Origin: Vicugna vicugna
Lineage: Eukaryota
Direction of reading: 5' to 3'
NCBI GenBank assembly: GCA_013265495.1
Contig: MU058531.1
Coordinates: 550,678 to 614,677 of the forward strand
Length of the DNA: 64,000 nucleotides
Numbering within the stretch: position 1 is the first letter of the stretch; each line of letters opens with the position of its first letter. Below are positions 50,370 through 60,195 of the stretch, piece by piece. Made by a program: the position numbers and the translations under genes. Under the pieces are notes generated by a model, which saw nothing but the letters and a program-made list of their open reading frames with translations, was not told where the DNA came from and did not search any database.

Positions 50370-53190
50370 TAAGTTCTGTTGCCAGCATGGATTAGGATCA
50401 ACTTTTCACTTGAGAAAAGCTAGAGAATCTGTCCAAAATGTATAAACCATTTGATTTAAGCTATTGGAGAGCTATCAAGGAAGTGAGAATTTTCAGGCCA
50501 TAATCTGTAAAAACAGTGAAACTTAGAGAAGCATTTAGGCACTTAGAATATCACTTACCTGCTGGGTGGCCACGGAGTCTACAAAAAGCAGAATAAAGTG
50601 GTGAAAAGCTGAGCACAGTTTTCATTAGTCTGTGAAACTAGAAGAGAAAAAAAAAATCAGAAATTAAGAAGAAGAAGTGTCACAGATGAAAATTCCAATT
50701 TTCAAAATAAGCTTCTGAAGGGGTACACTCTACAATTTACAATGAACAGCAAATAGAAGAAGTTCTCAGAAGAACTGAAGCCCATCTTTAAATTATCTCA
50801 AATCAGATTTAGTTCAGATGGCTTGCCTCTAGCATAGCTACTTACCAGAAGCAAAAATAAATTATTTTTGGAGGAAAATACCATCATACAGAACTTCAAA
50901 TTATTTCTAGAATTTTTAAACATTTTTTATTGATTTATAACCATTTTACAATGCTATAATATGAATTAATTATTTTATTTTGGTGGGAGGAAGTAACTAG
51001 GTTTTATTTTTAGAGGAGGTACTGGGGATTGAACCCAGGACCTCATTCATGCTAAGCAAGCATTCTACCACTTGAGCTATACCCTCCCCCTCTAGAATTT
51101 TTAGTATGAACTTTTCAGCCCTTAATAAAAACAGTGAGACTTACAGCTATACAAAATAGATCAAAAGCCAAGGGAAAATAAATATTAGAACTACACCCCC
51201 TAAAATACAGATATTGAAATTATAAGGCACAAACTTAATAAAAACACAAAACTGTGCTTAGTATGATCAAGGAATTGTGAAGAATTTAAAAAGAAAACAA
51301 AATAAAATAATAAATAGTACATAGTTAAGAAAAATACAAAAATTAAGAACTCATAGGACGAGTTTAACAGCATTTTGGACTCAGCAAAAGAATTAATAAA
51401 TCAGAAGAAAGGACTGACAAAAATCTGAGATATAGAGAACCAAAATTTGAAAAATACAGAAGTTAAGTCTAAGAAGCATATGAAACACAGAGGAAAGTTG
51501 TTACAAGAGTCAACTGGTGCTTCAGAGAGATAACAGGGACAGAGGAAGGCAGAGTAAGTATTTGAAGAAATATTGACTAATAACTTTTAAAAACTGATAA
51601 AAGATAAATCCACAGGTTCTATAAGTGCTATCAACCGCAAGTAGGTTTCTAAGTAGGATAATAACAAAATAATGCATACATAGCTGCATTATAGGAAAAG
51701 TGCTGAGAATTAAACACATATAAAATCTTCTATAGGCAACCAGTAAACAAAAGAACATATTGCCTGCACAGGAGCAGCAATAAGATTTACAGTGACTTCT
51801 CAACAGAAATAATGGAAGGCAGAAGATAATGGAATACTATCTTCAAAGTAAAAAATGATGGTGCTTGCCAACCTAAAATTGCGTATCAGCAAGTATTATC
51901 TTTAAAAGTGAAGGAGTTACAAAGAAAATTTTAAACAAGCAGAGACTCAGAATTTTTACAATCAAACCTATACTAAAGAAAATATTGAACTGTATTCTTC
52001 AGCTATAAGACAAATTATCCACAAAGAAAACACAGTTCTTTAAGAAGAAATACAGGAACAAAAAAGGGGGTAAATATGTGGAAAAACCAAAATGAATATT
52101 GACCATATAATTCAATAATAATAAAACATCTTTTGAGATTTAATATATAAATTAAATTACATGCAATAATAGCACAAAATCTGATGGGTAGCCAGGTAAG
52201 AAATTACATTGTTCTTTGATCTCTACATTTTCTGGGAGACAGTAAATTGCTAATTTTATAAAACCTTAATAAATCAAGGACATATGTCATAATCTCTATG
52301 GTAACTACTGAAAGAATGGTTAAAGAATGTACCAGTAATAAAATAAGAAAGGAACATAACAGAAACACACACACAAAATCAAAAATAATTATAAGGAAGA
52401 AGAAAAGAAATAGTAAGATAAGGGAGAGAAGTAGAAAATGAATATTAAGATGATACATTTAAGCTCAAGTACAACAAATACGGAATAAATATTCTATTTT
52501 AAAATACAATTGTCAAGATAAAGGAAAACAAATATACTTCATACAAGAGACACAGTTGAAATATAAGAACACACAAATGTTCAACTTAACAGGAAAACTT
52601 ACAATAATTACCAAAATAAGAGCCATTGTGGCTATCCTGATATGATAAATTTACTTTAAAGGAATCAGTAATATTAGAAATGAAAAAGGATATTTTATAA
52701 TGAAAGGTCAACATACCAGGGAGAAATAGCAATTTAATTTTTTTACATGTAATGACATAGCCTCAATATCCATGAAACAAAAATAAACAGAAGTAAAAGA
52801 CTAACACAGTTAATAAACTTCTAGGAAGACTGACCAAGAACAATAGAGAGAAGGCAGGACTAGCCAATTCAGGAATAATAATGACAGTAAGAGGACACAG
52901 ACAATTTATGATACTGTATTTGAAAGTGTAGATAAAAAGGAGACAGGAAGAAACAGAACATTTGAATAGTCCTATATCTATTAAAAGAATTGAATCATTT
53001 CAATTTTTTAAAGAAAAATTCAAAGAATTTGTGAGAATCTCCTAATAAAGAAAATCCCCAGCACAGGTGATCTTACTGGTGGATTCTACCAAATATCTAG
53101 AGAACAGCACAATCTTGCCCAATCTCAGATTACAGAAAAATAGATACTACTTTCCAACTCATTCTATGACACCAACAATCCCAGAGAATT
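50370..53190 (+). mobile_element. Old L1 (5' UTR, ORF1, start of ORF2), heavily decayed, carrying a SINE insertion
   Basis: ORF1-type 'gacttctcaacagaaataatggaaggcagaagataatggaatactatcttcaaagt'; ORF2-type 'gcacaggtgatcttactggtggattctaccaaatat'. Confidence 0.65.
50919..51090 (-). mobile_element. tRNA-Ala-derived camelid SINE (vic-1-like) ending in an L1 3'-tip sequence
   Basis: Head 'gggggagggtatagctcaagtggtagaatgcttgcttagcatgaatgaggtcctgggttcaatcccc'; perfect 13-bp TSD tctagaattttta at 50906-50918 and 51091-51103. Confidence 0.93.
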
Positions 53191-53451
53191 AGTATGTTAT
53201 TTGTGTAATTAAAATTAAAAGTTTTAAAAATATATGCTTATGTAGGTAGATGATATTTCTGGAAGGAGACACAAGGAACTGCTAACAGCTGCCTTCAAAG
53301 AAAAGAATTGGGAGCACTAATGTAGGAGAAAGATTTACTCTTTATTATATATGTCTTGATAGTATTTGAATATATATGCATAAGTGCATATATTGTATTT
53401 ATAACTGACATATTTATTTTTCAAAAATAAAAGGATAAAGAATGAAAACAG

Positions 53452-54808
53452 GATTGCCAGTTTCCAGTCCAGCACATAAGCAGCTTGGAAGTCACTACTC
53501 CATCCTAACAACAGGTAAAAAGCTAAAAAATCAATAACTCTTCTTAGGTCAATAAGAGAAGAGAGGTCACAGAGCAAATTGCTGCCTCCAAAATTGGAGA
53601 CCAGCAGGCAAACTCAGAGAATCACAATTTACAGGATTAGAAACCTCTACGGGAGCCAGTCCTAGGGTAGGGAAACCTGAACTGTAAGTAATGAATTTCT
53701 GGAAGCTCAGATATATCAACTCTGGGAGTTATAAAATCCAGGTAGGGGCAATCATGGTGGGGGTCCCACTTTTGTGAGTTTTACTTCTCTGATCTCCACC
53801 AGGTTCTCACAGTAAATGTCAGGAAAAAATTCATTCATGTTTCCAGCAGGGGGAGTGGAAAGGGGATCATTTTGAAATATACCACAGCACTCACTTCTTT
53901 ACAATGTTTACCCTTGGGAGAAACTATAGAACTAGAGCCTAATTTGCTGAGATATTATGAGAACCTAACTAACCTGGGGGTTGGTTAGGGAAACACTCAA
54001 CTCCAGCCCACATTAACCATCCTGCCCCACCCAAGGGGGTGGGGGCTGAGAAGCATGTGTGACATTCACAGTCCAGAGGCACAGGCTCACTAAAAGATGG
54101 ATCCCATCCCAATGAAACAGGAGGGAAAGGGGCAGGAGACAACTGTTAGAAGAATGACACAGCAACTAGGCCCAAGATGGCGGAAGATTCAACTTCCAGT
54201 AGACTTTGAGTCTCATGGCACTCCCACAGGCGCCATGACAGCTCCCAGGCTGATGTAAAAGCCAAAAAGTCAGTGGGGCCCAATTCCTGGAAATCCCTGC
54301 CCCTTCCCCAACTTAGTTGGAGTAATCCTCCCACTCATTAGCATATGCAATTACTTGGCACATAAAAACTAGCTACCCCCACACCTCGTGGCCTCTACCT
54401 TCTGAGTGAGATTGACCACATTCTGTCTATGGAGTGTGTATCTCCCTGAATAAACTTGCTTTCACTTTACTATGTCTCGCACTTGAATTTTTTCCTGCAT
54501 GAGATAAGAACCTATTCTCTGATAAGAATTGGACTGCAGTATGCTTCCCTTCACCCCACACCTCACCAGCACAGTACAGTACTAAGGCTTATTCACAACA
54601 GAAATCCGTTGACTTGGGGTTATACTGATGTGTCAATGTAGATTCATCAGTGGTAATAAGGGTACCACTCTGACGGGCATGTTGGTAATGGAGGAGGCTA
54701 CGCATGTGTGGGGCAGGGGGTATATGGGAAATCTCTGCACCTTCCCCTCAATTGTGTTGTGAACCTAAAACTTCTCTAAAAAACAAAGTCTATTAAAATA
54801 AAAAAAAT
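53452..54808 (+). mobile_element. L1MC-like element: 5' region (53452-~54600, interrupted by an LTR) next to an L1MC 3' terminus (~54601-54808)
   Basis: 5' 'cagtttccagtccagcacataagcagcttggaagtcactactccatcctaacaac'; 3' 'ggggtatatgggaaatctctgcacctt...tgtgaacctaaaacttctctaaaaaacaaagtctattaaaat'. Confidence 0.6.
54113..54524 (+). mobile_element. MER41-like ERV1 solo LTR (artiodactyl type)
   Basis: Starts 'tgaaacaggagggaaaggggcagg'; YY1 site CAAGATGGCGG 54173-54183; GAS TTCCTGGAA 54284-54292; 'ctatggagtgtgtatctccctgaataaacttgctttcacttta' with AATAAA at 54449-54454; 3' end approximate. Confidence 0.75.
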
Positions 54809-56563
54809 TTAAAAGAGTTCCCTTTGCCTTTTTACCCAACTTCATGTACATGAAATATTGAGAGATTGATTTATGACTGTGAACTTTGCTGAGGGCTCCT
54901 GGACACTGGAATAGAGAATTGGTTGGTAGCCTCAGCTGTAATCTTGAAACTGGAAAAGGCCAAGGGAACATAAATTAGCCACTAACCTCAAGGTCAGGCT
55001 AGAGACTTGAGACATGGCTATGGACAAATGTTGGTCCTGTGACCTACTGCTTGATGCCTGATTTCAGGACAACGCCTCTAAAAGCACCCATCTGGACTTT
55101 GGTTGACATTAAATTCTGGTCCGGTCCTTAAGCTTAAAGAATTGTTGAAGCTTGTCTTGTGTCATCATGTGATGCATCTGGTGTCTCATCTCCCTGATCG
55201 ATGCAATGGTGTGTTAACTCCCCCATGATTCAGATGGGAGAGACATAAAAATTAAGATCAATGAATTGTTTTTATAAGCACTATGTTGAACGCAATCAGT
55301 TTCTGGTTCCAAGATGATGCCTCAGAGTGAATAATTCACAGAGCTGGTTTAATCACCTCTTCTTTCTCCATCCCTAATGCTGCTTTTGGCAACCAACCAA
55401 TTGTTTAGCACTCAGCTGTTTTGACAGCTGATAAAAAATGAAAAACAGTTGAATGATAACCAGGGCTGCCGGATTTAGATTTTGAAATATAGAAATGGCA
55501 GAGGGGGCAGTCTGGAAATGTGGAATGTGGAGGGTGGAAGGAAAGCAAAGGGCATTAGAATGACTGACAGACAGCCTGTTGACTTGGAGAAGGAGGAGAC
55601 AGACTGTCACATATCTGACAAAGGCCAAGTATTGAGAATGCAGCAAAAACTCAGCAAGGCCTCGTCAAAGTCCAAAGGGGTACTTCAAATTTTCATATAT
55701 TAAAACATTTATTCTGTGTTTAGGAGAGCTTCAGGTCTATCACCTCAGATTCTGTAGACAATTCTAAAAGACCACAGTTACCCTGTATATAACATATGTG
55801 ACTATAACAAATATACCACGTAACAAATGTGAATAGGGTACCTGGGACCCCTGTCAGCAGTTATCCTACAAAAAGCGTGAGCTGACAGACTGAAAATGAG
55901 TTCCATTAAAAAATGGTGGGAAGAGGCAAACATGTGGACCTTCAATATTGAGCATTTCAGGTTACTTAGTATGGAGAAAAAAGACTCAAACAATTAGGGC
56001 CTAAGCATTATTGTCTTGAAGCTGCCAGAAATATTGATTCAGTCTATCAAGAAAAAAATAAATTACATACACCATAACCCTTTAAAAAAAACAAAAGCAC
56101 ATGGAATTCATTTTAGAAATGTTTCCACTTTCAGAATAATTAAAATGTGAAAGCATAGTCATTATAGGCCCACTCTTTCTAAAGAAGAAAACATAAAAGA
56201 TAGCTACATTTATTGAACACCTATTTTGTGCCAAGAATGTCATCCATTAATGCTAATTCTCTTAATTTTGAAAAGTGTTTATTATTATCCTCTTACAAGG
56301 TAAACCCATGGAGGTTCAGAGAAGCTAAATCTTCTAGCTTGTGCATGACCCATCTGGAATTCAACCTCAGGACTGTTTCACTCCCTGATCTTGTTACCTC
56401 TCAACAAGAGTATCCCTAAGGATTTCGGAGGGCTGAAATCTTACTATATTGCAGTAAGTGACCCTCCCCTACAAATAAATGTAGGTTGTGGACGAAGCAT
56501 TTTCCTTGCCTTTCACGTGAGTATCAGAGTAATAATAAAAGCAGCCTCCCGAGCCAGCCCACC

Positions 56564-56586
56564 TGTGTGTGTGTGTGTGTGTGTGT
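56564..56586. repeat. (TG)n microsatellite
   Basis: Direct reading. Confidence 0.95.
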
Positions 56587-58164
56587 AGGGGGGCTACCTG
56601 TCCTACTTTCTACCATCATGTGACCTGGCATGTAACCATTTCAAACCCCAGTGTCTCCCTCCATCGGTACAATTTGTACGATAACATTTATCTTACAGAG
56701 ACTAGAAGAGGTTCGTCACGGGACATACTAATTGGCCCCAGAATATCTGAATAAACGCTAGCTAATATTATTTTCCTATTGAACAGACATATTTGAACAC
56801 CTACTTCCTTCTGGACAATGTTCTTAATCCAACAAGGGTGATTAAAACCTCCAGCCCTCAAGTAGCTGATTCTAACAGAAAAGAAATGCAAACGTATAAC
56901 TTACGGGAAGGGGAAGAATAAGTAAATGCATATACATATGAGAGAGAGAAAGGCTCAAAGCACATTTAGTTTTTGTTTTACCCAAGAAGGTTTTCCAGAG
57001 ATGAGTGTCTTTCCATCTTGAAAAGTGACATGTGGTAACTAAATAAAGCAGCCCTTTCAGGGCATATGTGCTGTTGCCTGTTTCAGATACATTTTCTTGG
57101 AATGGTTCGCATATGGATGAAGTCACTGCTTCTATTAAAATCCCTCAAAGTCCTTTTCCAATTATCAAGTAGCATGAAAACACATTTTTGCTATGTCTTT
57201 TGCTACTGATTTGCAGAGAGCAAAATGTCAGGATATGATTAGTTGCAACTCCTGTATTTCCCAGCTACAGTTCTTGGGAACCTAGGAGCAAAAGCAGAGC
57301 TGGGTTTTACTTCTTACTTCAGTAGCACACAGAGACAAGGGGAACGCTGGGCTAGGACTCCCCACAGCCAAGAGCCCTGTTTTCATAGAAAAGCAGGTGC
57401 TGCTTGGTCATAGTCACAAGACAGTGGTCAATACTAGCCTTTGAGATAAGCAGCCGTCAACCTCAACCTGATGGGCATGTGGCCACATGGCAGTTCACAG
57501 AGGTCAGTCCTCTAGGGCTGCATGCAAAGAAGCCACGCAGTCCTTTCAAACATGCGCTTCACCAGCCTGGGCAGCCCTGATCATTGTTCTAGTTGGAGAG
57601 GCCCTGGCCTTGGAGTGGGTCGTTTGCACTGAGTCATTGGCTCCGGCTTTCTTTTTACATTGATCAAAATCACTAAGTATTGGCCCACCTCCACTTCCTT
57701 TTGTGCTCAATCCCAATCAGTTAAGACAAATCTCAAACCAAAGAAAAGGAACTTCCCGCAGTAGAGTGGGATCAGGGGCCAGAAGGAAGGGCACCTTCCT
57801 CACAGCGGGAAATACCCCAGGCTGAATCTTAAAGAAAACATCCGAATTTGAGGCTAGTGAAAAATGATATGTCAGCAGGTTCGTGTTAAGACAAAGGCTA
57901 CCATCACTCATGTTTTAAAAGGGAAATTTGCAAAAGAAATCTGAACTTCAGGTCCAATTTCATGAATAGTTTCAGTATCCTTCACACCTGAACATTTCCT
58001 TCACTTTTAAACATCTATAGAATCTGGGATTCTTTATCCATATATTTTACAACATTCATGCAAATATGTTTTTCAGACTAAATAGCATTAGATGTTCATT
58101 TTACAAAATTGGGAAAATACAGAAAAAATATAAAGAAGAAAGCCAAAGTTATTCATGATTCTAC

Positions 58165-58366
58165 ATATATGACTGAAGCTCTTTGCTGTGCACCCGAAAC
58201 AAACACAACATTGTAAATCAACTATGCTTCAATAAAAATTTAATCTTTGAGTTCTGTAATTTAGAGAAAATGACTTAACATTTTTGGTTATAGGCTTTCA
58301 AATTCCTTATGAGAAATTATACATATAAATAATTTTTTCTTTATCAAAATTGAGATTCTAAAAAAA
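58165..58366 (+). mobile_element. Short L1 3' tip (58165-58238) plus ~120 bp of probable 3'-transduced DNA and A7
   Basis: 'gactgaagctctttgctgtgcacccgaaacaaacacaacattgtaaatcaactatgcttcaataaaaa'; TSD at(t/c)catgattctac at 58151-58164 and 58375-58388. Confidence 0.75.
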
Positions 58367-58996
58367 GAAGTCTCATCCATGATTCTACTCCTCAGAGAGA
58401 ATAATACTTAAGAGTTGTAGCCTTAGAAATTTTGAGAAATAATTTTGAAAAGTCAGTTTCAAGAAATCATAGTATGTTTTGATTTCTGCTTCAATTCCAC
58501 TGGAATAAAAATCAAATAAGAATTTCCCAAAGTCCATAATGTCTAAGGGGCAGAAGGGAGTGAAAAGTTATAAAAAAATCAAACTTCATAAATATTCACA
58601 AATTTCCTATTCATTTTTTCCTTCTGTTTTTCTCCACTAGGAGGCCCAAATGCTTTCTGGTTGATTGTTAGCATTAACTGGGCAGGCAGAGAAGCAGTGG
58701 CAAGTGCCCAATCTGGAAACACATTTCTTTCCTGAGTCAGAAATGGCCTTTCGTTTTAAAAAGATCGTCTTTTAGTATTTAGTCATTGTAAGAGCTGAAC
58801 AAGCAGGAATAAAGAAATCTCTGTCTCAAAAAAAAAAAAAAGGCGGTGGGGAGGACAAGATGTGAATGAAGTTTTCATTATCTTTGAGAAGCAACTGTGA
58901 GAAATACCTGCAAAGAAACACCAAGGAAATTGTTCATTTCTTTATCTTAGGAATAGGCTGTGTTTGTATATTGCTGCATGGACTTAGTACTTTGCC

Positions 58997-59027
58997 TGTT
59001 TGTTTGTTTGTTTGTTTGTTTGTTTTT
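58997..59027. repeat. (TTTG)n simple repeat
   Basis: Direct reading. Confidence 0.95.
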
Positions 59028-59219
59028 AGGTTTCTTAATGTTTAGAGATAGTCTCTTGGGCTACAGTCCACCAATTTCTCAAGTTAAAGCCCTCGATTTG
59101 GGGCCCTGTGCTTTCTGAGGTAGAAGTGTTACAGTGTGTGTCTGAAGACTTCTGCTGATTCCTAAAGAGGTTCTGGATCAAGAAACCACACTGACTTAGG
59201 CATTTTGATGGTTTGAGGT

Positions 59220-59430
59220 ACAGTGACAGCACGGCATAGTGGAAAGAGCCTGGCAGAGTTGAATTCCAATTCTGCACTGTTATTTGCTAGCTTTGAGAAA
59301 ATTACTTAAACTCTGTTTTTCCTCAGGAAAAGGAATAAGAACCCTAACTTTACAGGGGGTGGTGAGGATTAGAAATAATGAACACACAGTGATGAACATG
59401 AAGTAGCTATTCAGTAAGTAGAAAATATAT
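59220..59430 (+). mobile_element. MIR SINE
   Basis: 'gcacggcatagtggaaagagcctgg...ggtggtgaggattagaaataatg'. Confidence 0.65.
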
Positions 59431-59929
59431 TAGCATCCTTTACATAGGACATTGATGATCAGAGAAAAAACTGACCACTGTCGGTGGGGAAAAGGAAGTT
59501 ACTATAAGAGGAAATCTCTAACCAAAAAATACATTTTCTTCTGACTTTTTCCTTACCTCTCATCCCTTCCTGAAACCATTAGTGAGGTCTGTGGTGGACT
59601 GTTGCAGGGCTCAGCGTGTGAGTGAGGGGATGATGAGAGGGTCTCTGTGGGGAGCAGAATCAGCCCGAGAAGGGTAAGGAGGGCATCCACACAGGGGAGC
59701 GGCCCAGCAGTGATGTCAGAGACCCACAGTGAGGAGGACACGCACAGGGGATCAGGGCTTATAAACGTTTTTGTGACGACTAAAGTTCCACAGCACAGTA
59801 TGTCTGGGAAATGCTGGATTCTACAGGTTTGTTTTCTGTCTGTTTTTCAGAGCCCTTAATATAGCAATTTACGTTTCAGTTCTCCAATAGCCATGGAACT
59901 CCTTCTTTATAAAGATTCTCTTAGGACCA

Positions 59930-60195
59930 CTTATCTGTCATGAAGGACCAGTTTGTATTTTCAAATCCATCACGAACTGACACTTTTGCGAGAATGAATT
60001 AGTAAAAATAATAATAATAATAATAAAACAAAGACTTCAATTCAAAATCCCAATATTTATGAGTCTAGATATACATACTCTGTCAACTTGTGTTGAACGT
60101 TTCTAAATGCCCATTCTTAATTTGTGTATTAAACTTAGCAAAACCAGAAATGAACTGTCTGCACACAGGCAGTGACCCATGCTTTGAGTAAGCTG
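59930..60195 (-). mobile_element. MER119-like hAT-Charlie element
   Basis: 'tactctgtcaacttg...gtttctaaatgcccattcttaatttgtgtatt...catgctttgagtaagc' resembles the recalled reverse consensus. Confidence 0.5.
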
